A stretch of 64,000 nucleotides of DNA from Limnochordia bacterium (GTDB lineage Bacteria; Bacillota; Limnochordia; DTU080): positions 64,001 to 128,000 of the forward strand of contig JBMNJG010000003.1 of NCBI GenBank assembly GCA_050951545.1, written 5' to 3'. The notes under the pieces were generated by a model, which ran no database searches, was not told the DNA's origin, and saw only the letters and a list, made by a program, of their open reading frames with translations. This document shows positions 1 to 9,289 of the stretch, piece after piece (positions within the stretch are counted from its first letter, which is position 1; each line of letters begins with the position of its first letter). A program made the position numbers and the translations under genes.

Positions 1-355
1 TGGCCTTCACAAGATTGGGCACTGCGAGTGCCAGCTGATTCGTCACCGCTAAGAACGGTTCCCTGACAGCGGTCACACCTAAGATCTCGAAGACCTGTAC
101 CAAGACGAAGAGCATCAACAGGTAATATGTGATGCGCACAACTACCCGATCAATCTGCTCTTTCTCACCAGTCTCCACCAGACCACGACCTTGGACCCCG
201 CCAGTCAGGCGATGTACGAGACGGCCGACCACAGACGCAATGGCCCGAGCGAGAATCCATCCCACGAAAAGCACGATAATCGCTAACACAATTGACGGAA
301 GCCTAGATGCTAGGGTCTCCCACAGGGAGAACACCAGGTCACCATACTCATTCAT
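1..355 (-). CDS. CmpX/MscS-associated TM-helix-repeat membrane protein (N-terminal part; runs off window)
   Basis: Not in ORF track; hand translation MNEYGDLVFSLWETLASRLPSIVLAIIVLFVGWILARAIASVVGRL...LAVPNLVKA matches the TM_helix repeat (lP.iv.Ai.vl.vGw.lar); RBS GAAAGGGG upstream. Confidence 0.7.
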   Translation of the reverse strand, partial: MNEYGDLVFSLWETLASRLPSIVLAIIVLFVGWILARAIASVVGRLVHRLTGGVQGRGLVETGEKEQIDRVVVRITYYLLMLFVLVQVFEILGVTAVREPFLAVTNQLALAVPNLVKA

Positions 356-629
356 AACGCAATTCCCCTTTCTCATGTCCGTCTTCGTCTTCTGTCACGC
401 AATAGAAGACTGGTGGCAAGACAGGGACAGGGTCTATCCTGCCTTTCGGGCTTCTTTTTTGCTCCATCAGAGACCTCTTTCGCACCCCCTCTTCAGGGAG
501 CATACGACCAGCGACCTCGGATTTCCTCTTAGAAACTCCCTTGTCTCAGCAAAGGACAAGTGCCGCCTTAGTCTAATAGATGAGGTAGCTGACCGAACCA
601 ACTACAGTATAAGGCTGAGGGTGAAGATC

Positions 630-1409
630 ATGGCCCGCATTGACATGCATACCCATCTGCTCGCTCGGGGACCCGAGCCACTGCTAGATGAGTTGGCTAC
701 AGCGGAGCGCCTAGCTCGATCTTACGGCATTGCCCGTCTGGTTCTCTTGGGTAACCTCACAAGCGTCGGAGGTCCTAACCCCACTCCACAGGATATCATG
801 ACCATCAACACACATACACTCAAGGTCATGGCTTTGTATCCCGATCTGTATATCGGTTTCTGCTATCTGAACCCTGCACACCCGCGATCATTTGTCGAAG
901 AGGAGATGGAACGTTGCATCGCCAAAGGCGGCATGCGCGGTATCAAGCTGTGGATTGCCGTCAAGGCCACAGATGATTGTCTTGATCGTATCATGGATTG
1001 GGCCGAACGTCATGGCATCCTGATTCTCCATCATGCCTGGTATAAACAGACCGTCTACTCGTATCAGGAGTCCACGCCTGCGGAAATTGCTCAGCTCGCC
1101 AGGAGATGGCCGCACGTTACCGTGGTTATGGCTCATCTTTGTGGGGGAAGCGTGCGTGGGGTGCTAGATGTGGCCGATCTACCCAATGTGCTTATCGACA
1201 CATCAGGCAGCCAACCCGAGGCAGGCTTGGTGGAGTACGCTGTGCGCCGCCTGGGAGCAAACCGAGTCGTCTACGGGTCTGACTGGCCTTTGCGCGATTT
1301 CGGTACCCAGATTGGCCGAGTGCTGGGAGCTGACCTAGACCCCGCAGACGAACATCGCATTCTCTACGCCAATGCGAGCAGAGTTCTGGGACTGGAGGAA
1401 ACACGATGA
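630..1409 (+). CDS. Amidohydrolase family protein (Amidohydro_2, TIM barrel)
   Basis: IDMHTH metal motif, AHLCGG, YGSDWP; start moved to ATG 630 from ORF 129..1409. Confidence 0.85.
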   Translation: MARIDMHTHLLARGPEPLLDELATAERLARSYGIARLVLLGNLTSVGGPNPTPQDIMTINTHTLKVMALYPDLYIGFCYLNPAHPRSFVEEEMERCIAKGGMRGIKLWIAVKATDDCLDRIMDWAERHGILILHHAWYKQTVYSYQESTPAEIAQLARRWPHVTVVMAHLCGGSVRGVLDVADLPNVLIDTSGSQPEAGLVEYAVRRLGANRVVYGSDWPLRDFGTQIGRVLGADLDPADEHRILYANASRVLGLEETR

Positions 1410-2176
1410 GCTTTCTCATCGACACGAGCGTTTTCGCAGGGTATTGGCCTTTTCGTCATCTAAACCACCGCGACCCCGAGCAACTCAAACAGTACCTACT
1501 GTCACGAGGGGTTGCGCAGGCTTGGGTCAGCTCGGCCGAAGCGATTCTGTATCCCGATCCCATGCAGGGCAACTGGCCCCTGCTAATGGCAACCAGAGAA
1601 GACGCCTTCTTTGTGCCTGTGACGCTGGTTGACATCACCTTGGCTACCTGGCGCAAAGATGCTGAACAGTGTATCACACGGCTTGGCAGCCGCGCTATCA
1701 AAATCACTCCGAACTACCATAGCTACCCTCTCGATCATCCAAGTCTCGGTGAGTTGGCCACAGTGGCCAGTGATCTGAACCTACCGCTGTGCATCCAGGT
1801 GCGCATGATGGATGAGCGTACCCATCACCCGCTCATGAAAGTGCCTGGAGTTCCTCCTGCCCAGATCGCGAAGTTGGCCGAGCAGCATCCCGGTACCCGA
1901 TTTCTTGTCTGCGGAGTCTATATGAGTGAGCTCAAGGCTCTCAATGAGGTGCCAAACATTTGGTGTGAGATATCGCATGTTGAGGCAAGCCAGAGTCTGA
2001 TTGTCGCTACGAGATCCTTTCCCTGGCAACGCCTAGTCTTTGGCAGCCATAGCCCGTTTCTCTATTTCGAGGGAGCGCACCAAAAACTCGACGTCAAGAC
2101 TGAGGGCCTTGCGGCAAAGCAGATCGACGCTATCAGGCAGGCCAACGCCCTGGCCCTACTGAATCCGCCTACCTAG
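1406..2176 (+). CDS. Amidohydrolase-fold protein lacking the HxH motif
   Basis: GYWPFR N-terminus, PNYHSY, LVFGSHSPF; ATGA overlap with upstream gene. Confidence 0.75.
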   Translation: MSFLIDTSVFAGYWPFRHLNHRDPEQLKQYLLSRGVAQAWVSSAEAILYPDPMQGNWPLLMATREDAFFVPVTLVDITLATWRKDAEQCITRLGSRAIKITPNYHSYPLDHPSLGELATVASDLNLPLCIQVRMMDERTHHPLMKVPGVPPAQIAKLAEQHPGTRFLVCGVYMSELKALNEVPNIWCEISHVEASQSLIVATRSFPWQRLVFGSHSPFLYFEGAHQKLDVKTEGLAAKQIDAIRQANALALLNPPT

Positions 2177-2237
2177 GGATAGACAACCTTCAGTTGGTCA
2201 TGTTGTGAAGGGCATCCTGTAGAAGGGGGAAGAACAA

Positions 2238-3500
2238 ATGAACAAATCCCTTCGTCACGCATTGGCTCTGCTACTAGTTCTATCTTCCGCCGTGCCCACA
2301 GAGGCTGGTGTGCAGATCACCCACTTCATGTATGAAGGCCACGGAAGCAAGTGGCAAGAGTATCTTGAACTCATGGCCGAACGCTTTGAGGCATCAACGG
2401 GTATAACAGTTGGGGTTGTTCTGTCATCTGGAGGAATTGGCGGCCTGAGAACAAAGCTACTGACCATGGTAGCTGGAGGCGTGGCTCCGGATGTCACCGA
2501 CACGCACCCGATGATGGCCGCCCCGCTCATCGCTCAAGGCATCTTTGAGGATCTTACTCCGTATATCAAGCGCGACAAGTTCCCTCTTGAACGCATCCCC
2601 CCAGTGGCTGTAGACGGCGTGCGCACGCCTGACAATCAGATGTGGGGTATTCCTGTCAGTGTCTATCCGGTGGTCACCTTCTTTAATATCGATATTTTCG
2701 CCCAACAAGGGCTGCCTAACCCCCGTGAACTCGGCGCTGGTTGGACATGGGAATCACTCGCCTCGACTGCTAAGAGACTGACTCGTGACACCGATGGTGA
2801 CGGTGCTCCCGAGATCTACGGGACGGTTCGAGCTACCTCTCGTTGGGAAATGCAGGTCCACCAGGCAGGCGGGCAGCTCTACGACAGGATCGTGTACCCA
2901 ACCAAGAGCCAGTTCAACAGCCCGAGTGTCCTCCACGCAGTAGAGTTCCTGCAGAAGCTTTACGTGGACGGCATTGCCACGAACAACAGCACGTACGATG
3001 TGTACAAAGGCAATGCGGGTTTTTCGGTCGTCGACGGCCCCGGCTTTATCGGGCCATACTACCAAAACGTATCCTTCTCATGGGACATCGCCGGACAGCC
3101 CAAGGGACCAACCAGTCGGGCTGCCAGAGTCAACCCCGACGGTTTCCAGGTGGTCGCCCAGAGCAACCACCGAGATGAAGCCTGGCAATGGGTACGTTTT
3201 CTGACCGCTGACACAGAGAACCAACTGGAGATGGCGCGTATTACTGGCCGCCTGCCCTCCCTAAAGGAAGCGATGATCCGCTATCCGAAGGTCGGAGGTA
3301 GCCTCACACTTCCTAACAACTGGCAAGCCATGATCGAGACAGCATTCGATCCCACAGGCTATGCAGCGTACGTGGTCCCCAACGCCACGCAGATCGATGC
3401 TATTGTAAACCCCATCATGGGGCGCATATGGAATGGCCAGATGGCAGCGGCAACTGGTCTACAGCAGATCCATGATCTATTGGCATCCCTGTTGCAGTAG
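2238..3500 (+). CDS. Carbohydrate ABC transporter substrate-binding protein
   Basis: Signal peptide, AGGVAPDV, WTWE, DTDGDG motif, EAWQWVRFL; RBS AAGGGGGA. Confidence 0.88.
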   Translation: MNKSLRHALALLLVLSSAVPTEAGVQITHFMYEGHGSKWQEYLELMAERFEASTGITVGVVLSSGGIGGLRTKLLTMVAGGVAPDVTDTHPMMAAPLIAQGIFEDLTPYIKRDKFPLERIPPVAVDGVRTPDNQMWGIPVSVYPVVTFFNIDIFAQQGLPNPRELGAGWTWESLASTAKRLTRDTDGDGAPEIYGTVRATSRWEMQVHQAGGQLYDRIVYPTKSQFNSPSVLHAVEFLQKLYVDGIATNNSTYDVYKGNAGFSVVDGPGFIGPYYQNVSFSWDIAGQPKGPTSRAARVNPDGFQVVAQSNHRDEAWQWVRFLTADTENQLEMARITGRLPSLKEAMIRYPKVGGSLTLPNNWQAMIETAFDPTGYAAYVVPNATQIDAIVNPIMGRIWNGQMAAATGLQQIHDLLASLLQ

Positions 3501-3577
3501 ATTGGGGGGTACGCGTGTCGGCGGCCAACGACATGCGCGCACAGCGTAACGCGATTTTCTTGGGAGGCGCAGAAGGC

Positions 3578-4462
3578 ATGTTCATTGATATCCACGCCCA
3601 TGCTCGCAAATACCCTGGCACTGGTCGTTTCGCTTACGACAACTTCGCCACGCCCGAGCAGTTGCTGGCCAGATATGATGCCTTGGGCGTTGCTAAGGGA
3701 GTACTTCTGCCTTTGGTCAGTCCAGAGGTCTATGAACCCCAATCCAATGGCGAGATACTGGACATATGCGAATCCTATCCCGACCGCTTTGTTCCTTTCT
3801 GCAACATCGATCCACGAGCGATGACGAACTCCGAGACGGCCCCACTGGGCGAACTGCTGGCTTTTTACAAAGACAAGGGCTGCAAGGGCCTCGGCGAGAT
3901 GCTCCCGAATCTACCCCTAAATCATCCCTTGGTCGATAATCTCTTGCATCACTGTAACCAACACCGAATGCCCGTTACCTTCGACATGGCAACGAAGATT
4001 GGAGGCACCTACGGTGTGTACGAGGAGCCGGGCCTGCCCTATCTCGAAAGAGCACTGAACGAGTTTCCAGACGTGATCTTCCTCGGGCACTCGCCTCCCT
4101 TCTGGGCAGAAATCGCTGTACTCGAGCCTGTAGAGAGTCGGTCAGGCTACCCCAAAGGACCGGTTAAGCAAGAGGGCGTGGTACCTAGGCTATTGCGCCA
4201 ATACCCCAACCTACATGGCGATCTCTCGGCGGGAAGCGGTTACAACGCTATCAGTCGGGATCCGGACTACGGCGCGTCCTTCCTTGAGGAGTTCCAGGAT
4301 AAGCTGTACTTCGGTCTGGATATCTGTGATCCGGCTGGTCCAGTGCCTCTGGTGGACTTCTTGGTCCAACTGCGAGACAGCGGTCGCATCTCGTTAGGCT
4401 GCTTTGAGAAGATCGCCTGGAGGAACGCCAATCGGCTTTTGGATCTCGGACTCGACCTGTGA
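3578..4462 (+). CDS. Amidohydrolase family protein (Amidohydro_2)
   Basis: MFIDIHAH, FLGHS, DLSAGSG, YFGLD; start set at ATG 3578. Confidence 0.85.
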   Translation: MFIDIHAHARKYPGTGRFAYDNFATPEQLLARYDALGVAKGVLLPLVSPEVYEPQSNGEILDICESYPDRFVPFCNIDPRAMTNSETAPLGELLAFYKDKGCKGLGEMLPNLPLNHPLVDNLLHHCNQHRMPVTFDMATKIGGTYGVYEEPGLPYLERALNEFPDVIFLGHSPPFWAEIAVLEPVESRSGYPKGPVKQEGVVPRLLRQYPNLHGDLSAGSGYNAISRDPDYGASFLEEFQDKLYFGLDICDPAGPVPLVDFLVQLRDSGRISLGCFEKIAWRNANRLLDLGLDL

Positions 4463-4530
4463 GCAATGAAAGGGCGGATACAGCCACAGCCATACCCGCC
4501 CTTCCTGCATCGTGGAGACCCCTATGCACC

Positions 4531-7350
4531 CTACTTCGCTACGGCTGCCATCGGAGTGTCGATCTCCTCGGCATACCTGGCTTGTGCAAGCATTTTGTAC
4601 ACATCCAGCGTTTGGTTACACACCGCAGACCACGTATACTTGCGAAGGGTCTTTTCCCGGGCCCGAACGGCCAGGGCTTCTGCCAGGTTACGGTCATCTA
4701 GCAAATGCAGGATGGTCCGCACAATCCCGTGGAGATCGCCAGGATAGACCTTTAGCCCGTCCACACCATGTTCCACAATCTCTGCGAGCCCACCAGTATC
4801 CGACACGACCACGGGTACTCCTGCTCCCATCGCCTCCAGAGCGACGATCCCAAAAGGCTCGTATAGACTCGGGAAGACAGCCAGCGACGCCCGAGCCAAC
4901 AGTGCGTTTCGCCCATCATCATCCACATATCCCGGAAAGAGAACCCTGTCGGCAATACCTAGCTCCGCAGCCATGGCCTTGAGCTTGTCAGAGAGCGGCC
5001 CTCGTCCAGCAAAGACGAAGTAGACATCAGCCCGTCTTTGAAGGATAGCTCCTGCTGCCTCCATCAGGAGTTCTACGCCTTTTTCCCGCACAAATCTGCC
5101 CAAGAACGCTACCACATGTCCATGCCGTGGTAGATATGATGGTGATGAGGTGGTCGCCGATACGAGAGAAGAGACATCCACACCGTTAGGTATGACTTCT
5201 ATCTTATCACCAGCAACCCCAAAGACCTGGTTAAGCTCACCGTGCATCGCCTGACTACAGACGATCACCCGATCAGCACCAGACATCAACATCCGTTCCT
5301 GTCGGTCAATGGCCCGCTGCATCGAGCTGTGAAGGCCCCGATTGCGACCGTACTCCGTCGCGTGAATTGTAGCGAGCAAAGGCACCCCATAGCGCCGGGC
5401 GATCATGCGTGAGACCTCGCCGACTAGCCAGTCATGACCGTGAATGACATCGAAGCGACGGCTAAGCCAGACCCTTCGTGCCAGTTCGTACAGCCGTACA
5501 TTTCCCTGAAAGACCAGGTCCGTGAAAGAGTCACCGGGCAAGTCTGGCACATGCACGCGATGGAGAACCACTCCCTCTTCGACTTCCCGCTCACTTAGCG
5601 CACCATTACCCAAAGTACACACATGCACCTCTGCGCCCTGTCTTGCTAAGTTCCGAGAGAGCTCATGCACATGCCTCCCCAGGCCTCCAGCACTCAACGG
5701 AGGGTACTCCCATGACAGCATCAGTACTCGCAGGGCTCCGGTGGGAAACATCAGGGCTGGCTGCGGGAGAGTCGTATCACAGAACTCCCGGTAATTCATG
5801 TAGGGGAATATTGCATGTGCCCGTTCTAAGTACTGCAGCTGCGTTTCATCGATCTTGCCCCATTCTACCTGCGCACAAAGAAGGTAGAACCATCTCAAGT
5901 GCTCGTCTAGGCGCCTATTAGCATAGTCCACCGCTGTTTGGGCACTAATGATGAATGTCCAGTCACTGCTTTGAGCAAGCATGAGTTCGCGACCCGCTTG
6001 GTTCAGGGCTCTCCTTTCTAAGCCACTGGCGTTGGGCCGGCCTTCCGCAAGCGCGGCCATCCTTTCCTCAGCCACGTGCAGGTGCCGATAAACCCAGCAG
6101 TTCGCCTCATTCAGCCAGACAGAGCTGTAGCCGTGATTGCCCCAACTCGATTCAGGTAGATCGGCCACAGGTGCCTCAGCGCACAGCGGATAATCAGTGG
6201 GAGCTATGAGCTTCAGTTCGTTCTGATCGTAATGCATCTTGCGACAGAGGTAATTCAGGAAGGCTGGTCCTTCATACCACCAGTGTCCGAACAGCTCAGT
6301 ATCATACGGCGAAACAATGATCGGCGGTCGGCCCGTCACACCGTGTAGTTTCTCCGCCTGTCTCAACCGCATATGAATAAAGTGAGAGGCGTGGGCCGCT
6401 GCCCGTTCATCTGCCCAGGCTGGTACATAAGGTTCTTTATGGGGGCCGTCTCCTGTGATGCGATAGTATTTGAGTCCCGTGTTGACCCGGATGCCGTCAG
6501 GATGCACATGCTCACGGATATACTCCCAATCGAGGTCAAACCCTACGTCACGGTAGTATTCGCGGTAGTTGTGATCCCCTGGATACCCCTCCTTGGAGCT
6601 CCACACTTGCTTAGCTGAATCCCTATCGCGGCCAAAGGCCAGAAGACCCGCATGTGTACGCACGGGCGAATGGACACCGCTAGGTGGCGCCGGGTCAGCA
6701 TGCATGATAGCGTGACTGTCGACCAGGAAATACTCCAGATTCTCCTCGGCCAGAAGATCGTCCAGCCCAGGACGATAGCCGCACTCTGGCAACCAGATAC
6801 CTCTCGGCCGGTACCCGAAGTGTTCTTCAAACGCGCGTACACCTAGCCTGATCTGGCTGCGGACGGCCTCCCGAGAGCGCAGCAATGGCAGATAAGCGTG
6901 CGTGGCCGCGCTGGTGAGTAGCTCTAGACCACCTGCTTGCGCTAACTGAGCGATACCCTGCAACAGATCACCGTTATATCGGTCGCAGAACACGTGGCGG
7001 GCTTCGCGCAGTTTCCACAGGTACATCTCCGCCACTGATCGGAAAGCCTGGTCGTGTCTGAGCCGAACTACCTCCTTCTCGGCTAGACGAATCAGACCAT
7101 CAAGATGGTCCTTATACCTGGCCTGCATGAGGGGATCGCGCAGCATCTCCATAAGAGGTGGTGTGATGGACATGGAAAAACGAAAGCCCACCCCGTCTGC
7201 CTGGAGTTGGTGGAACACATTCACCAGAGGTATATAAGACTCCGTGATGGCCTCAAAAAGCCATCGCTGCTCTAAGGCGTTCGGATCATCTAGATGCCGC
7301 ACATAGGGCAGATGGGTATGTAAACAGATAGCCACGTATCCCTTCATCAA
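4531..7350 (-). CDS. GH57 1,4-alpha-glucan branching enzyme (DUF1957) fused to GT4 glycosyltransferase
   Basis: HTHLPYV, GIWLPE nucleophile, YDTELFGHWWYEG, LAQSSDW; C-terminal MLSWEYPP, HGHDW, EPFGIVALEAM. Confidence 0.9.
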   Translation of the reverse strand: MMKGYVAICLHTHLPYVRHLDDPNALEQRWLFEAITESYIPLVNVFHQLQADGVGFRFSMSITPPLMEMLRDPLMQARYKDHLDGLIRLAEKEVVRLRHDQAFRSVAEMYLWKLREARHVFCDRYNGDLLQGIAQLAQAGGLELLTSAATHAYLPLLRSREAVRSQIRLGVRAFEEHFGYRPRGIWLPECGYRPGLDDLLAEENLEYFLVDSHAIMHADPAPPSGVHSPVRTHAGLLAFGRDRDSAKQVWSSKEGYPGDHNYREYYRDVGFDLDWEYIREHVHPDGIRVNTGLKYYRITGDGPHKEPYVPAWADERAAAHASHFIHMRLRQAEKLHGVTGRPPIIVSPYDTELFGHWWYEGPAFLNYLCRKMHYDQNELKLIAPTDYPLCAEAPVADLPESSWGNHGYSSVWLNEANCWVYRHLHVAEERMAALAEGRPNASGLERRALNQAGRELMLAQSSDWTFIISAQTAVDYANRRLDEHLRWFYLLCAQVEWGKIDETQLQYLERAHAIFPYMNYREFCDTTLPQPALMFPTGALRVLMLSWEYPPLSAGGLGRHVHELSRNLARQGAEVHVCTLGNGALSEREVEEGVVLHRVHVPDLPGDSFTDLVFQGNVRLYELARRVWLSRRFDVIHGHDWLVGEVSRMIARRYGVPLLATIHATEYGRNRGLHSSMQRAIDRQERMLMSGADRVIVCSQAMHGELNQVFGVAGDKIEVIPNGVDVSSLVSATTSSPSYLPRHGHVVAFLGRFVREKGVELLMEAAGAILQRRADVYFVFAGRGPLSDKLKAMAAELGIADRVLFPGYVDDDGRNALLARASLAVFPSLYEPFGIVALEAMGAGVPVVVSDTGGLAEIVEHGVDGLKVYPGDLHGIVRTILHLLDDRNLAEALAVRAREKTLRKYTWSAVCNQTLDVYKMLAQARYAEEIDTPMAAVAK

Positions 7351-7377
7351 TGACGGACCTCCTGCGATGGCGTATGG

Positions 7378-7893
7378 TCAACTTAGGAAGTGAAACGGTG
7401 AGCTGATGCTCTCGGGCTTCCACTCACTGGGTCGCTGACCCGGTAATGATCGGCCAGCCCAATTGCGCGGCGTCGTCGCATGGTTCGAACGCAATAGGGT
7501 GACGAAGACGTTGTACACATTACGCGTGCCCACATCAAGCACATAGGTCTTTCCGGGCAGCAGACTATGAAAAAACCAGTTGTCGGTCAAGCGAGACGTA
7601 TTCACTTCCTGAATAACACGTGGACCATCGTCTACGTCATCAATCATGTATAGGCGAAGGACCAAGGGTAGTTCGTCCCAATCGCACCCAAAATGACGCG
7701 ATGTCATTTCCCGGAATTCCGGAGTCAGCTCCCAGTAGGCATACAGACTCTGGGGATCGCGAGTCATGAGGTCCACGCGAGTGACACCATGAAACGTAGG
7801 AAATGGCGGCGGTGCGAAGCTTGACGCGACCCCGGCCTCGGCACGTGCATCAGAAGAGCGGATCGTGGCACCTGCCGCGAGGTTATCAGGCAC
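7378..7893 (-). CDS. DUF4912 domain protein
   Basis: LMTRDPQSLYAYWE, LVLRLY, LLRSNHATTP; family commonly found upstream of GH57 branching enzymes; start approximate (GTG after AAAGGAGG). Confidence 0.8.
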   Translation of the reverse strand: MPDNLAAGATIRSSDARAEAGVASSFAPPPFPTFHGVTRVDLMTRDPQSLYAYWELTPEFREMTSRHFGCDWDELPLVLRLYMIDDVDDGPRVIQEVNTSRLTDNWFFHSLLPGKTYVLDVGTRNVYNVFVTLLRSNHATTPRNWAGRSLPGQRPSEWKPESISSPFHFLS

Positions 7894-7930
7894 GGGGCCC
7901 CCTCCTTTCACTCAGAACAACATCACTACC

Positions 7931-7960
7931 AAGTATGGCGTCCAGCGCCGGTTGGTATGC
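7931..7960 (-). promoter_or_regulatory. SigmaG-like (forespore) promoter of the DUF4912-GH57/GT4 operon
   Basis: GCATA-N18-CATACTT on minus strand resembles B. subtilis sigmaG consensus GHATR-N17/18-CATXHTA. Confidence 0.45.
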
Positions 7961-8100
7961 ACGATACATGCGAGATTCTTTCCACCGCAAGAAAGGCACA
8001 GCAAAGGCCTTGAATAGGAAGGATAACGGTTATGGGTGTCGAAGCAGCCGATAGTGCTTCTATCGGAAAGCACGACTAATCTCTGTGTGAGGTGATCTTA

Positions 8101-9027
8101 GTGTTATCCAATTCGTCAGATCGTGTGGCGGACAAGATGGACGGGTACCTCTTCTATCTTCTTTACGAGCGAGGCCTCAGCAAGAACACCATCATTCACT
8201 ACAGTCATGATCTCTCCCTATTCATGCGCTACATGGCTAGACAGTTAAGTATTGAGCCCCTTCAGTTGCGTCTGGCCGCGATTACCCCTGAGCACATCTG
8301 TAGTTTCCTGGACTACTTAAGAGATGAACGCGGCAACACCAATCGCAGTACTAAGCGACGACTCGCCGCATTGCGCTCGTTTTTTGACTACATAGTCGCT
8401 GTGGCCTCTACGCCCAGCAAACCATTACGCAATCCAGCGTCAGTTGTGCTACCTCCGTCAGCACCGGAACCTTTGCCAAGCCCTCTCTCACTTGAGGACT
8501 CCGTTTCCCTTTTGCGGGCTGTACGCGCACACGGCCCTAACCCCAAACGTGACTATGCCATCATGCGCCTGTTTCTGCACTGCGGGGCCCGCTTGTCAGA
8601 GGTTCTGGAGCTGAACCGGGAACACATCAGTCTCGAAGGGGAATTCGTGCGTCTTGACGCGTTTGGCGTGCGTGATCGTCTAATACCACTAAGCGAGGAA
8701 ACTGGCAACGCGCTAGCAGCCTATCTTAAGGCACGCCCAACAGTCTCGTCACCACGAGTATTCATCAACCGCAATGGAAGACCCATCAGCAAAGGTGCCA
8801 TTTACCATGCGATAGACAAATGTGCTTCGGCGGCTTCGCTATCGCACAAGAAGGTCACGGTGAGCATGCTCCGTCACACCTGCTTTACACTGCTCGCAAA
8901 GGAGGGATTCACTGCTGAGGAGCTGCAGACACTCGCCGGCCTTCGCAGGATACAGACCCCGCGCGCCTACCTGCGCCTAGCCAGTAAGGAACAACAGACA
9001 CCTGATGGTTCTAACGCTGATGACTGA
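8101..9027 (+). CDS. XerC/XerD-like tyrosine recombinase with degenerate active site
   Basis: SAM-like N-terminus (ERGLSKNTIIHYSHDL), CGARLSE, SMLRHT, terminal RAY; GTG after GAGGTG. Confidence 0.8.
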   Translation: MLSNSSDRVADKMDGYLFYLLYERGLSKNTIIHYSHDLSLFMRYMARQLSIEPLQLRLAAITPEHICSFLDYLRDERGNTNRSTKRRLAALRSFFDYIVAVASTPSKPLRNPASVVLPPSAPEPLPSPLSLEDSVSLLRAVRAHGPNPKRDYAIMRLFLHCGARLSEVLELNREHISLEGEFVRLDAFGVRDRLIPLSEETGNALAAYLKARPTVSSPRVFINRNGRPISKGAIYHAIDKCASAASLSHKKVTVSMLRHTCFTLLAKEGFTAEELQTLAGLRRIQTPRAYLRLASKEQQTPDGSNADD

Positions 9028-9289
9028 AGAACTCAAGCGAACCAGGAGACGGCGGCTCACCATGACGTTGCCGTCTCCTGCCTGGCTCCCGCTATCACTC
9101 GCTGAACCGGGATCCGTTCTGTACCAATGGGTGACGTAACAGCTACGAAGACGTTTGTCTGCAGCAATCGGCCCCAAGCACCAATCTGCAAAATCCCTCT
9201 TGTGCGCATTGCCAGTGCGCGATATCGTTGAATAAGGTATGCTGCAAGCTGGTGGACGCAAGGACAACCATTGGGAGGGGCTCACACCA

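Noticed and set aside
129-629. 167-aa N-terminal extension of the first amidohydrolase, and a possible riboswitch at 400-560
   Set aside because: The extension overlaps the minus-strand membrane gene; I could not match the hairpins to any riboswitch consensus.
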